This document shows positions 1 to 9,846 of a stretch of DNA of 64,000 bases, piece by piece. The notes beneath the pieces were generated by a model, which made no database searches, had not been told where the DNA came from, and worked only from the letters and a program-made list of their open reading frames with translations. The stretch is from Poseidonia sp. Lineage in GTDB: Archaea; Thermoplasmatota; Poseidoniia; Poseidoniales; Poseidoniaceae. The stretch lies in NCBI GenBank assembly GCA_040261535.1, contig JBDQNU010000001.1:75109-139108 (forward strand), in the 5' to 3' direction. Position numbers and translations under genes: made by a program. The first letter of the stretch is position 1. Each line of letters begins with the position of its first letter.

Positions 1-1
1 C

Positions 2-79
2 GACCAAGTGTCCCAAATCGTCACGGAATACTACGTTCGCCCGAACGAGATTTTGGCCCGCGTTGACGGTCTGAAGTGA
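2..79 (+). CDS. 3' end of a gene entering from the left window edge; product not determinable
   Basis: Frame 2 is open from the edge to TGA at 77-79 (...EYYVRPNEILARVDGLK*). A GAGGTGA Shine-Dalgarno-like motif and the ATG at 106 follow. The fragment is too short to assign. Confidence 0.3.
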   Translation, partial: DQVSQIVTEYYVRPNEILARVDGLK

Positions 80-105
80 AATCGAAATGAGCACGAGGTG
101 AGACG

Positions 106-1125
106 ATGGACTTGACAGCATGGCAGCGAATTTGCAATCGCTTGCTGGGTGGGTTTGTCAAGAAACGGGCCCGAAACGACAAGGAATTGTCCGGTAACCT
201 CGTCAAGGGAGCCATGGGCATGATGCCCGAGGTTTACCTCGCAACCGTGATCGTAACGACCATTGCCATCACCTTCATGTCGTGGGCATTTGTGGCGATT
301 TTCTTCGTCCCTGATATCGGTGTCATCGCCTTCTACGAGGGCATTCAGGACTCGTCTTCCCTCGACCCTTGCTTCGAGTGGGAGTACTGGAATCCAACCC
401 TGGTTGACCCCTCCCTTCCCGGCAACGGTTGTCCCGAATACAGGCTTCAGGTCTTCCCGCCCGCCCTCAAGGTCCTGCTTGTGGCGTTGGGTGGTTTCAT
501 CATCCCCTACGGGGCTTTCAAGTACAACAAAGGCGGTGCTGCTCGAGAAGCCCAGCGCCGTGGCGACATGATTGAGAAGTACCTTCCCTACGCTGCTTCC
601 TACACCGCTGCCATGTCCGCTGCCAACGCCACGCCGGCCAAGATTTTCCGCTCCCTCGCCATGAACAAGGACATCTACGGGGATGTCGCCGACGACGCCG
701 CCATGATTTACCGAGACGTGACGTTGCTCGGTTACGACCTGATCACCGCCATCAAACTCAGCGTTGACCGGGCGGCATCGGTCTGGCTAACGGAGTTCTT
801 CCAAGGCATGGTGGGAACGCTGACCGCTGGTGGCCAGCTCAAGTTGTTCTTCCTGAACCGTGCAGAACACTACATGCGTGAAAACCGAACACGGCTGGGC
901 ATGTTCCTCGAATCGATTGCGTTGCTCGCCGAGTCGTACATTGTGGTCGCCGTCGCCATGCCGCTTTTCCTGATCGTCATGCTGGTCATCATGTTCTGGG
1001 TGTCCGGTTCCGGTGCGCAAATGAGCGAAGGCATGCTCTATGGCATTGTTCTGGGCTTCATTCCAATGATTCACATCGCCTACGCGATTTTGGTGTACAC
1101 GAGCAGCAAGGAACAGGACATGTGA
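106..1125 (+). CDS. Type II secretion system F-domain membrane protein (TadB/TadC/FlaJ-like pilus platform subunit, single T2SSF domain)
   Basis: 339 aa and polytopic. The cytoplasmic segment YLPYAASYTAAMSAANATPAKIFRSLA...VWLTEFFQGMVGTLTAGGQL fits the T2SSF (GspF) domain pattern. GAGGTGA lies upstream of the ATG. Confidence 0.7.
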   Translation: MDLTAWQRICNRLLGGFVKKRARNDKELSGNLVKGAMGMMPEVYLATVIVTTIAITFMSWAFVAIFFVPDIGVIAFYEGIQDSSSLDPCFEWEYWNPTLVDPSLPGNGCPEYRLQVFPPALKVLLVALGGFIIPYGAFKYNKGGAAREAQRRGDMIEKYLPYAASYTAAMSAANATPAKIFRSLAMNKDIYGDVADDAAMIYRDVTLLGYDLITAIKLSVDRAASVWLTEFFQGMVGTLTAGGQLKLFFLNRAEHYMRENRTRLGMFLESIALLAESYIVVAVAMPLFLIVMLVIMFWVSGSGAQMSEGMLYGIVLGFIPMIHIAYAILVYTSSKEQDM

Positions 1126-1137
1126 GGGGGTGAAAGC

Positions 1138-2709
1138 ATGGCAAGAAAGAAGGAAAAAATCGTCGTAAATCTTGACCTCCCCAAGGACGATTCCACCCTC
1201 ACACGCTTGTACATCATCTTGTTTTTCTCCATCATTCTCGGCCTCGCCAGCGGTTTGTTTTGGGTCACGAATTCAGGCTTTATCCCAACGGCGAACGGTG
1301 AACCGATGTTCACCAATTTGTACTGCGGTGCCACCGCTCAAGACGAGGTTGGAAACCCTACGGGTGAATTTTTCCAAACCAATCAAAAACCCACTTACAC
1401 GCAGAACCAAACCTGCTCCATCCTCCAAGATCAGCCCGACCGCATCACGTGGGAGGGCGAGGAATGGACCATGGTCACCAAACGTGGCAAAAACTTCGAT
1501 GTTCCGGGTGTTCCGGAAACAGCGACCGGTGGCACGACCGTGTTACAGCCATTGTGGCTCAACTGCACCGTTGAAGCCTCTGGAAATTACGATTACACGG
1601 TCGCCATCCGTTCCTCGGCCGGCGATCTTCTGGAATTCAACAACGCCACGGCCAACCAAGGCGGTTGCGGTTTTGAGATGGTCACCATTTCGCCTGATGA
1701 CCGGTACGAACTGATTTTCATCTCCAGCGGAGAAGGCCAATTTCTCTCAACCGTCACCTTCGACATGACCGTGCATTACTACGACGGGATTCCTACGAAC
1801 ATGAACAACAAGTCCCTGTGGCTTGGTCCTGCCCTTGAAGCCGGCCCCCTCAAGGTGCACCCCACCATTTTCTTGAATTTCTTCGGGCTGACCTTCTTTT
1901 TCTTCATCTTCCCAGCCTCGTACTACTGGGAGAAGGTGGAAGAGGCCAAGAACGAGGTTGAAGAAAAGTTCCCGGACTTCCTTCGTGACCTTGCAGAATA
2001 CTGGAAGGGTGGCCTTTCCATGACGGTGGCTGTTCAAACCCTCGCGACTTCTGAATACGGCGCATTGAATGACGAAGTCAAGAAAATGTCCGACCAACTC
2101 AGTTGGGGCATCAAATTCAGCGACGTGATTCGTCAATTTGCAGACCGGGTCGGCACCCCGTTGGTGCAACGAGCCATTGCCCTCATCGCCGAAGCCGACC
2201 GAGCCGGCGGTAAAATTTCTGACATTTTGGTCACGGCCGCCAACGACTCCCGTGAACTGAAGTTCTTAGAAGGTGAACGAAAACGAGCCATCGGCTCGTA
2301 CATTGCGGTCATTTGGACGTCCTACTTCGTTTTCCTCGGCGTGATCGTCGTTCTCGCGAAGGTGTTTATTCCCGCTATCGCCGGAAGCAATTCCGGTGGG
2401 GAAGACGGGGGCGACAGCGGCGGTCAGACCATCGGGAACATGACCATTCGAAACATCGACCCGTTGTTTTTCCTGACGATTTTCTACTACGGTGTTACCA
2501 TGCAAGCCATGGGCAACGGTTCGATGGCGGGTTTGATGGCCACGGGTCGTTTCTCGACGGGCTTCAAACACTCAGGAATGATGATCGTCGTTGCGTTGGT
2601 CATCTTCAACCTGGTCGCCTTTTCGCCCGACTTGATTGGAATTACGGAAGTGCCGGGGTTGAATCCATCTTCGGGCACCTTCGTCCCCGCGCCGCTGTAT
2701 TGGGGATGA
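1138..2709 (+). CDS. Second T2SSF-domain pilus platform protein with a ~190-aa extracytoplasmic insertion
   Basis: 523 aa, starting 12 nt after the previous gene. The T2SSF-like segment is FPDFLRDLAEYWKGGLSMTVAVQTLA...VQRAIALIAEADRAGGKISDIL. After TM1 there is a Cys- and NxS/T-containing soluble segment (aa ~45-240), then C-terminal TMs. Confidence 0.7.
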   Translation: MARKKEKIVVNLDLPKDDSTLTRLYIILFFSIILGLASGLFWVTNSGFIPTANGEPMFTNLYCGATAQDEVGNPTGEFFQTNQKPTYTQNQTCSILQDQPDRITWEGEEWTMVTKRGKNFDVPGVPETATGGTTVLQPLWLNCTVEASGNYDYTVAIRSSAGDLLEFNNATANQGGCGFEMVTISPDDRYELIFISSGEGQFLSTVTFDMTVHYYDGIPTNMNNKSLWLGPALEAGPLKVHPTIFLNFFGLTFFFFIFPASYYWEKVEEAKNEVEEKFPDFLRDLAEYWKGGLSMTVAVQTLATSEYGALNDEVKKMSDQLSWGIKFSDVIRQFADRVGTPLVQRAIALIAEADRAGGKISDILVTAANDSRELKFLEGERKRAIGSYIAVIWTSYFVFLGVIVVLAKVFIPAIAGSNSGGEDGGDSGGQTIGNMTIRNIDPLFFLTIFYYGVTMQAMGNGSMAGLMATGRFSTGFKHSGMMIVVALVIFNLVAFSPDLIGITEVPGLNPSSGTFVPAPLYWG

Positions 2710-2713
2710 TCCC

Positions 2714-3154
2714 GTGCGGGACGACGAAGAGGCACAAATCCACATTTTGGAGATGCTGACGCTCTTTTGGTTGTTCTTCATGTCTGCGACTTTCTTGATT
2801 CGGGTGCACGTGCCCGATTCGGCTTCGGTTGCCCTGGATGCCTCCTTGGAGATGGCGGGCGAAGACGCCATTCGGTACGGCTTGGGGCTCGACGCCGAAG
2901 TGGCGGGCGAAAATCACTTGTTCGAATTGCTGGAAAACGATGACCGTGAAGGTGCATGTACCTTGCTCCAATCTGCAGTTGCACCCGGGAAAGAGGCCAA
3001 CTGTTGGCTTGCAAAGGACGCCTCGGTTGCCACACCGCACGGCACCGTCGGTACGCCCTCCGGCGGGACGGTGGCGGTACACCAGCTCGTTGGTATCGGC
3101 CCCTATGTTTGGACGGTGACGTTGGACGTGTGGGCCCGGGGAGGCGGTGCCTGA
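2714..3154 (+). CDS. Small membrane-anchored protein, possible minor pilin-like subunit
   Basis: GTG start 4 nt after the upstream stop. It has an N-terminal hydrophobic helix (ILEMLTLFWLFFMSATFLI). Its TGA overlaps the next ATG (TGATG). No family was recognised and the start is uncertain (alternative ATG at 2753). Confidence 0.45.
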   Translation: MRDDEEAQIHILEMLTLFWLFFMSATFLIRVHVPDSASVALDASLEMAGEDAIRYGLGLDAEVAGENHLFELLENDDREGACTLLQSAVAPGKEANCWLAKDASVATPHGTVGTPSGGTVAVHQLVGIGPYVWTVTLDVWARGGGA

Positions 3155-3591
3155 TGCGCTCAACGAGCATGGAGAGGTCCGAAGGCGGGCAAATGCTGCT
3201 CGCCACCGGCGTGGTCCTCCTGATGTCCCTTCTCTCGATGGCGATTTTCGGCGTCAAGGTTGCAGGACTAACGTTGCCCCACGACCCGGCTTCGGACGAC
3301 GTCATCGTCACCACCGAAGAGGTGCTTGAGATCCTCGAGCCGCTGACACAGGCACGAACGGAATTGTGGATGGAAGGCGGCCTTGAGGGGCTTGAGGCGG
3401 CAGAATTGGCCCTCGAAACGGTTCACGACGACCTGCTCCACCACGGGGAAATTCGCGGTGTTGAGGTCAAATTGACCGATTTGGCCGTGGTCCAACTCGA
3501 TGACACCACCCTTTCGATTACCGGTGAACTCGGGGTTTCCGACGGGGAAGCGATGTTGAGTTTTGACGTTGACTTCACGGTGACGCTTTGA
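3154..3591 (+). CDS. Type IV pilin-like protein with putative class III signal peptide
   Basis: The N-terminus MRSTSMERSEGGQMLLATGVVLLMSLLSMAIF has charged residues, then G-Q, then a hydrophobic helix, as in archaeal prepilins and TadE-like proteins. It is translationally coupled to the upstream ORF. The start was moved from the track's 2956 to 3154. Confidence 0.5.
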   Translation: MRSTSMERSEGGQMLLATGVVLLMSLLSMAIFGVKVAGLTLPHDPASDDVIVTTEEVLEILEPLTQARTELWMEGGLEGLEAAELALETVHDDLLHHGEIRGVEVKLTDLAVVQLDDTTLSITGELGVSDGEAMLSFDVDFTVTL

Positions 3592-4251
3592 TCACGAGGT
3601 TGCTTCGTGCACCGCCCGGTTGAGCAGCGTGTGAATGCGTTCAACATCGTCGTCGACTCTCGTGGGGTCCACCAGCGTCCAGTTGGTGATTTTCGCACGC
3701 TCAACAAAAGCGTCCTGAATGGCCCGGATGCGCTTGAAGTTCGCCAAATAGCGGTCCGAGCGTCGGTACGAATGGGCGTCCCTGGTCTTCAACATGTTCT
3801 GGTGGGCGCGTTCCTCGTCGACCATCATCACCACGCCGAGGGCCACGCCACCCGCCTCTTCCCAAGCGCGCAACCAGCGCGAAGCGGGGACGAGATGGAC
3901 GCCTTCGATGAGCAGGTCGATGCCTTCCCTTCGCGCTCGGTCAATGCTTGCGCCGATACCGGCTTCGACCGCACGGCACGTTTCGGTCCAATCCAGGACC
4001 GCCTCACCGCTTTCACCCGTTGAAAAGGAAGAGCGGTGCAAAGCGGGAACGCTTTGTTCGGTATCGGTCGCCCTCATGATTTCCCGAATCGCATCGGTTG
4101 ACATCACTCGGGTAAAACCGGACCGTTGCGCCACACCAACGGCAGCGGTGGACTTTCCCACCCCCGTCGCTCCAGCGATGAGCAGGAGACGGGGTGGCCG
4201 AGTGGTCAGCGTTTGCGCCGTGCTTTGCGCAAGACCAACGGTTCGGGCCAT
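3592..4251 (-). CDS. 2-phosphoglycerate kinase-family P-loop protein (COG2074-like)
   Basis: Motifs LLLIAGATGVGKSTAAVGVAQRSGFTRVMSTDAIREIMR and DLLIEGVHLVP match the family as I recall it. The start is set at the internal Met (MARTVGL...) to avoid a 5' overlap with the divergent ALDH gene. Confidence 0.7.
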   Translation of the reverse strand: MARTVGLAQSTAQTLTTRPPRLLLIAGATGVGKSTAAVGVAQRSGFTRVMSTDAIREIMRATDTEQSVPALHRSSFSTGESGEAVLDWTETCRAVEAGIGASIDRARREGIDLLIEGVHLVPASRWLRAWEEAGGVALGVVMMVDEERAHQNMLKTRDAHSYRRSDRYLANFKRIRAIQDAFVERAKITNWTLVDPTRVDDDVERIHTLLNRAVHEATS

Positions 4252-4370
4252 GCCTACGACGATGGCGCAACGGCACATGAGGCTTCTGTCAGCGTTGTGG
4301 TTTCTTTGGGGGGTTTTGGTGCGGACCGCCTCACCGATGCCCCTTTGAAGCGCTTGGACCTCCCCGATGC

Positions 4371-5807
4371 ATGAGCGAAGAACAGATGTGGATTGGAGGC
4401 GAATGGTGCGCATCGTCCACCGGCGAGACGAGCGATGTTCTCAACCCCGCAACGGGCGAGGTCATCGCCACGGTTCCACGTGCGAGCATCGAGGATGTCG
4501 AGCGCTGCGTGGCTTCCTCCAGAGCGGCCTTCGAACATCCCGATTGGAAAGCGATGGACCCTGCTCAGCGCGGTCGAATCTTGAACAAAATGGCGGCGGT
4601 CACGTACGCGAAAGCGAAGGAATTGGCCGTTTTGGAATCCACCAACAACGGGAAGACCTTCCGTGAAGCACTTTCGGAAATCCGCTACGGTGCATGGACC
4701 TTGGAGTACTTTGCTGGTCTCTCCGATAAGATCGAAGGCAGCACGATTCCCGTCCCCGGTCCTCGTCTGAATTACACCTTGCGTCAACCGTTGGGGGTTA
4801 CCGCTCACATCGTGCCGTGGAACTTTCCCCTGCAACTCGCCCTGCGCTCCATCGCACCGGCGCTTGCTGCTGGATGCACGGTGATTGCGAAACCGGCGTC
4901 GTGGACCCCGCTCTCGCTCTTGGCTTGGGCAAAAGCGGTCGATGAAGCCGACACGGGGCTGCCCTCCGGGGTCCTCCAAGTGTTGACGGGTTCAGGCGCT
5001 CTGGTGGGTGACGGGCTTGCCGGTCACGGTGGCGTTGACGGCGTGGTCTTGACCGGCGGTGTGCCGACGGGACAAACCGTGATGGCCAAAGCCAGTGAAA
5101 ACTTGACCCCCGTTACCCTTGAATTGGGTGGGAAAGGCGCGAACATCGTCTTCCCCGACGCCAACCTCCGATACGCAGCGAAAGCGATTTGCTTTGGCAT
5201 CTTCATGAACGCCGGCCAAATGTGTTGGGCCGGTTCGAGGCTTCTTGTGCACGAAGACGTTCACGATGAATTGGTGAAAGCGGTCTGCGATGAAGTCAGC
5301 AAATGGGCCGTCGGCCCCGGCATGGAGGAAGGTGTGCGCATGGGCAGTTTGGTCCACGAACGCCATCGGGCTGAAGTTCTTGAGAAATTGGAAGCCGGCC
5401 TTGCGCAGGGCGGCACCGTCGTTCTCGGTGGGAAGGCTTTGGAGCGAGAAGGGGCGTTCATGGAGGCCACCGTCGTGACGGGCGTCGGTCATAATGACCT
5501 GTTGTTCCAAGATGAATTGTTTGGCCCTGTTCTCGCCGTCACGTCCTTTGCGAACGACGAGGAAGCGCTTGCGTTGGCCAACAACACACCGTTCGGATTG
5601 CTCAACGGCGTTTGGACCAACGACCTGGGTCGTGCTCACCGCCTTGCACGGGATTTGGAATGCGGTATGGTGTCCATCAACGAGTACCCCATCACCTTCC
5701 CTCAAACGGCGTTCACGGGCTGGAAGCATTCCGGCATTGGCGTTGAACAAAGCCAGGACGCCCTTCGGTTTTACACCAAGGTCAAGAACGTCAACGTCAA
5801 GTTGTGA
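4371..5807 (+). CDS. NAD(P)+-dependent aldehyde dehydrogenase
   Basis: 478 aa. Motifs ELGGKGANIVFPDA and FMNAGQMCWAGSRLLV (catalytic Cys context), with typical ALDH length. Confidence 0.9.
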   Translation: MSEEQMWIGGEWCASSTGETSDVLNPATGEVIATVPRASIEDVERCVASSRAAFEHPDWKAMDPAQRGRILNKMAAVTYAKAKELAVLESTNNGKTFREALSEIRYGAWTLEYFAGLSDKIEGSTIPVPGPRLNYTLRQPLGVTAHIVPWNFPLQLALRSIAPALAAGCTVIAKPASWTPLSLLAWAKAVDEADTGLPSGVLQVLTGSGALVGDGLAGHGGVDGVVLTGGVPTGQTVMAKASENLTPVTLELGGKGANIVFPDANLRYAAKAICFGIFMNAGQMCWAGSRLLVHEDVHDELVKAVCDEVSKWAVGPGMEEGVRMGSLVHERHRAEVLEKLEAGLAQGGTVVLGGKALEREGAFMEATVVTGVGHNDLLFQDELFGPVLAVTSFANDEEALALANNTPFGLLNGVWTNDLGRAHRLARDLECGMVSINEYPITFPQTAFTGWKHSGIGVEQSQDALRFYTKVKNVNVKL

Positions 5808-5816
5808 GGGAGAGCG

Positions 5817-6596
5817 ATGAGCGTCCAAGTGGAGCAGCGCGGTCCGGTTCGAATCATCACGATGGCTGGTCAGTCCTCAACCCAATCGTTTTCTCGGGCC
5901 TTCCTGCCACAAATTGCCGCAGCCGTTGACGACGGCTTGAGGGACGGGGCGACAAAGGCCATCGTCCTGACCGGCGAAGGTCGATTTTTCTCAGCAGGAG
6001 CCGACATCAACGCCTTTCAACAATCCATTGACGACAACGAGGCCCCCGAACTGATTCGAGAACTCACGGGCATCCTCCACCCCTTGCTTCAGCGCATGCG
6101 GACCTCCTCCACGGTTGTGGTTGCTGCGCTCAACGGAGTGTCGGCAGGGGGCGGGTTGGGCTTGGCGCTAGCCTGTGATGCAAGGGTTGGCACCGACGAT
6201 GCTCGGATGGCGGCCTCCTATGCGGGTATGGGGTTGTCACCTGACGGAGGTACCACGTGGTTGCTGCCCCGGCTGGTCGGTGAACAACGAGCGCGTCAAT
6301 TCTTCTTCGGCAACGAGATTTGGTCCGGCCGTGAGGCCTATGGCCACGGTGCAATCGACGTGCTGGTGGACCCCGACGCTTTGCTTGAAACGGCCGTTGG
6401 CCTGGCTACGATGTGGTCTTCTTGGGGACAACACACCAAGGAAGCGACGAAACACCTCTTGCATGTCCAAGCCGACAACGATTTCGCCACGCATCTCGAC
6501 CATGAACGAACGCTCATTGAGGCGGCGGGCACCACCGAAGCTTTTCGTGAAGGCGTCGCCGCTTTCCTTGAGAAGCGAAGTCCCCGTTTTGAGTAA
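5817..6596 (+). CDS. Enoyl-CoA hydratase/isomerase (crotonase) family protein
   Basis: 259 aa. Motifs FFSAGADINAF and LNGVSAGGGLGLALACD. Starts 9 nt after the ALDH gene. Confidence 0.85.
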   Translation: MSVQVEQRGPVRIITMAGQSSTQSFSRAFLPQIAAAVDDGLRDGATKAIVLTGEGRFFSAGADINAFQQSIDDNEAPELIRELTGILHPLLQRMRTSSTVVVAALNGVSAGGGLGLALACDARVGTDDARMAASYAGMGLSPDGGTTWLLPRLVGEQRARQFFFGNEIWSGREAYGHGAIDVLVDPDALLETAVGLATMWSSWGQHTKEATKHLLHVQADNDFATHLDHERTLIEAAGTTEAFREGVAAFLEKRSPRFE

Positions 6597-6597
6597 C

Positions 6598-7428
6598 TCA
6601 GTTCATTTGGTAGTGGACGGTTGGTGGTTTTCCTCCACCGAGGCGTAACAGCCCGATGATCAACGCCACGAGGCCCCCGCATATCGAACAGCAGCCAGCG
6701 AAAAACGACGTGCCCATCAAGGCGGCACTCCCTACAATCTCGCCGAGAACGGGGATGAGCATGGCGTCAATGTCCACGACTTTCATCGAAACGTTGTTGG
6801 CGTTGGAGACAAAAATTTCCTCGCCGATTTCACATTCATTGAACGAATCGGTTTCCACCTCCTGCTCGACGAGGGTGTTGCAGATGACGCCCACGATCAC
6901 GTGGTCTTCGATATCGTAGTAGTCCCACATGGCGGTGCAATCAACGGTAGCGACACGCTCCCCGATATCATCTCCGTCGGAATCGGTGAAACTCAACTCT
7001 CCAAGGTTGTCGCAAGCGTCCGGAACACCGTTTTCATCGATATCCTCTTTCGGGTCGCCTGGAATGAGCAGATACCATCCCATTTCACCAGCGTTGTCTT
7101 CGTCGGTGTGGGTAAGGGCTTCCCCCTGCAGGAGTTCGGAGGTGTAGGGTCCCGTTTCTAGATTCTCGAAGGTCTCCTCCATGGCTGCTCCTGCGATGCC
7201 GCCAACGGCGAGGCCGAGGAGGCCAATCGCCAGGAAAACTGCAGCGAGAATCAAGGGGATTTTCGGTCCTTTTTTTCCGGCATCCACAACGACCGTTTGA
7301 CCAACGGTCCCAAGTTGAAACGATTGCGGCGAGGTTTGGGTCGTGACGGATGCGTCCGTTGTCCCGGTCAACGCCTCTTGCGACGCGTCTTTGAGTGAGT
7401 TCCAAGGAGCAGGTTGAATCTCGTCCAT
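6598..7428 (-). CDS. Hypothetical two-TM membrane protein with an acidic Cys-containing ectodomain
   Basis: 276 aa. It has a TM near aa 55-80, a D/E-rich loop with several Cys, and a C-terminal TM containing CCSICGG. No family was recognised. Confidence 0.55.
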   Translation of the reverse strand: MDEIQPAPWNSLKDASQEALTGTTDASVTTQTSPQSFQLGTVGQTVVVDAGKKGPKIPLILAAVFLAIGLLGLAVGGIAGAAMEETFENLETGPYTSELLQGEALTHTDEDNAGEMGWYLLIPGDPKEDIDENGVPDACDNLGELSFTDSDGDDIGERVATVDCTAMWDYYDIEDHVIVGVICNTLVEQEVETDSFNECEIGEEIFVSNANNVSMKVVDIDAMLIPVLGEIVGSAALMGTSFFAGCCSICGGLVALIIGLLRLGGGKPPTVHYQMN

Positions 7429-7464
7429 GGTGAGAGGACGGTCCCGAATCGTTTGGTTCTTTGC

Positions 7465-8355
7465 TCAGTTTCCGCCAAAGTCGGTTTCTTCCGCCTGCCC
7501 ACTTGACCAATCATAGATGCCTTTCCCGGTCTTTTTCCCGAGCCGGCCTTCGCTCACCAAGCGCTCGAGCAGGGGATGAGGTGCATAGGCGTCGTCGTCG
7601 AACGAGCGTTGTAAATTGAGGAGGATGTCCCGTCGGACGTCAAGCCCGACGAGGTCGGTGAGCGCCAACGGTCCCATGGGATGCTTGTACCCAAGCACCA
7701 TGGCGGTGTCGATGTCCTTCGCGCTGGCCACACCGTCGGCGAGCATTCGGATGGCTTCGTTCCCGAGGACCACGCCGAGGCGGCTGGTGGCAAAACCAGG
7801 GACGTCTTTCACGAGAATCGTGGTTTTGCCCATGGCTTCTCCGGCGCTTTGCGCCAAAGCGATCGTTTGCTCAGAGGTGCTGCCGTGGCGAACCAATTCC
7901 AAGAGTTTCATGATTGGAACGGGATTGAAGAAATGCATACCGATGACCTGTCCGGGTCGAGAGGTGGCTGCAGCGATGTCGGCGATGGACAGCGAGGAGG
8001 TGTTTGTTCCGAGAACAGCATCGGCTGGGGCGTGCTGGTCCAACTCGGCAAAGATGGCGTGTTTCAGATCGGGCAACTCAGGGACCGCTTCAATGACCAA
8101 GTTTGTGTCCGAAACGGCCGCCTTGAGTTCGGTCATTGGGACGAGGTTCTTGGACCACGCATCCCGCTGTTCGGGCGTGGTTTTTCCCCGTTCGATTCCC
8201 TTCTGCCAGAAGGCGTGAATCCGTTCCATGCCCCGGTCAAGACCTTCGGGAAACGCATCGTAGAGCCGGGTTTCCCAGCCTGCCTGAGCACAAACTTGGG
8301 CAATGCCCGCCCCCATGGTTCCTGCTCCGATGACGGCAACACGTTCAATGGCCAT
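7465..8355 (-). CDS. 3-hydroxyacyl-CoA (3-hydroxybutyryl-CoA) dehydrogenase
   Basis: Motifs VAVIGAGTMGAGIAQV (Rossmann) and GMHFFNPVPIMKLLELV. The start is taken at MAIERV (8355), which overlaps the EamA stop by 11 nt. The track start at 8421 is less likely. Confidence 0.88.
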   Translation of the reverse strand: MAIERVAVIGAGTMGAGIAQVCAQAGWETRLYDAFPEGLDRGMERIHAFWQKGIERGKTTPEQRDAWSKNLVPMTELKAAVSDTNLVIEAVPELPDLKHAIFAELDQHAPADAVLGTNTSSLSIADIAAATSRPGQVIGMHFFNPVPIMKLLELVRHGSTSEQTIALAQSAGEAMGKTTILVKDVPGFATSRLGVVLGNEAIRMLADGVASAKDIDTAMVLGYKHPMGPLALTDLVGLDVRRDILLNLQRSFDDDAYAPHPLLERLVSEGRLGKKTGKGIYDWSSGQAEETDFGGN

Positions 8356-9283
8356 GTTCGGAAGCAGACGCTTCTTGTTCATCATGCTTCTCGCTCTGGG
8401 CAATGGCAACGCCTCCCGCAATCAAGGCAAACGACGCCAGCAGGGACCAGCCAAGCTGCTCGTTGAGGAGCACGAAACCCCCCAAGATGCCGAAAGGTGG
8501 AATCAGGTACACGTAGAGGGCGGCTTTACCGGCACCGATTTTGATGATGCCGTCTGCAAACCAGACATAGGACACCACGGTGGAGAAGACGGCAAGGAAG
8601 ACGATGCCAGCCCATGCTGACTGCGACGGAGCGTGCACATTCCCCGCTTGCACGGTTTCAACGATGAGAAAAGGCGTGAGAAACACCAGGCCGGCGACGG
8701 AGGACCAAACGGTGAGATGGAGGGGCGACATCCCCTCCTCTTCGTCCGAATCGGTCATGAGGTTCTTCATGAGGACGGTGGCGCTTGCCCACGAGAGCGC
8801 AGCCAGGGCGATGAAGCCGTTGCCGATGGAGCGCTCAACGAGGTCCAAATCGGTGTTTGGGGAAGCCAAGAACAGAACGGTGACGCCTGCAAACCCCAAC
8901 GCCACACCAAGGCTGTGCCGGCGGGTGAACAATTCGGCCAAAAACAGGCTGGCGAGGATGGCGGTGAACAAGGGGTTGAGGGTGATCATCAACGATGCAT
9001 CGCCTGCTGCGGTTCTGGCCATACCGAACATGAAAAAGAGTTGATAGAGAAAGGTCGAGAAAAAACCGATGAGCAGGATTCGCTTGAATTGGCTCTTCGA
9101 AGGGGTCACGAACGTTCCGCGAAGGCCAAGATAGGCCAAAAAGCAAGCACAGGCGATGACGTATCGTATCCACGACGCAAGAACGGGGGGCGTGTCAAGA
9201 GCAACGACACGACCGGCGGGCCATCCAAAACCCCAAATGATCGCAACGACAAGGAGTCTCAAGTGAACGAGGAGATTTTTCAT
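8345..9283 (-). CDS. EamA/DMT-superfamily transporter
   Basis: 312 aa with ~10 predicted TM helices in two halves, typical of EamA repeats. ATGA overlap with the upstream ORF. Confidence 0.75.
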   Translation of the reverse strand: MKNLLVHLRLLVVAIIWGFGWPAGRVVALDTPPVLASWIRYVIACACFLAYLGLRGTFVTPSKSQFKRILLIGFFSTFLYQLFFMFGMARTAAGDASLMITLNPLFTAILASLFLAELFTRRHSLGVALGFAGVTVLFLASPNTDLDLVERSIGNGFIALAALSWASATVLMKNLMTDSDEEEGMSPLHLTVWSSVAGLVFLTPFLIVETVQAGNVHAPSQSAWAGIVFLAVFSTVVSYVWFADGIIKIGAGKAALYVYLIPPFGILGGFVLLNEQLGWSLLASFALIAGGVAIAQSEKHDEQEASASEHGH

Positions 9284-9846
9284 TCAAATCGCTCCAAGCC
9301 CAACTGGAGCATCCGGGTTCGGGGTAGGCCGATTTCCGGAAGTCCTGCGGCTGGGGCATGAAGTTTCAGTCCTTCAATTCTGCTCACGTACAGTCCGTAG
9401 CTGGCGATGTCGTCTGGGCGGTAGGGCGTGTCCAAACCCATCGTTTGCAAGGTCTTGCATGCTTTTTCAGAATAGATTGGAAAGAGGTTGGTGGAGAAGT
9501 GCATCCATTCGGAGATCCGTTGCGCATCAACGCCATCCAACGTCATCAAATGCTCGAGCAGTGCGACATCGGGATAGACCGTCGTTCGCAAGACCATTTC
9601 GACTTCGTTGACGATGTCTTCGGGCCACGCATAGGGATCACGGTTTGACCATTCGTCGGCGATACGCACGTGCTCGATGGAGTGGTCCGCTTCAACAGCG
9701 TACAGGGCTTCGATGTACGAGCGGTCTTCGTAGGCGTCGTTCACGAGTTCCGGCAGGGCTTCAAAAAAGCGTTCGCAAAGAGCGGCGTCAACGCCGTAGA
9801 GGGCGACGGGGATCATACAGTCCACCTCGCAATCAAACGCTGGCAC
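9280..9846 (-). CDS. Hypothetical acidic protein, coupled to the BoxB-like gene
   Basis: 188 aa with no recognised motif. It overlaps the BoxB-like stop by 14 nt (or starts at the Met at 9816) and overlaps the EamA start via ATGA. Confidence 0.5.
   Translation of the reverse strand: MPAFDCEVDCMIPVALYGVDAALCERFFEALPELVNDAYEDRSYIEALYAVEADHSIEHVRIADEWSNRDPYAWPEDIVNEVEMVLRTTVYPDVALLEHLMTLDGVDAQRISEWMHFSTNLFPIYSEKACKTLQTMGLDTPYRPDDIASYGLYVSRIEGLKLHAPAAGLPEIGLPRTRMLQLGLERFE

Noticed and set aside
2956-3153. Upstream extension of the pilin-like ORF (track start 2956)
   Set aside because: It overlaps the coupled upstream ORF in another frame and is R/G/C-rich. The ATG at 3154 overlaps that ORF's stop (TGATG) and immediately yields a class III-like signal sequence.
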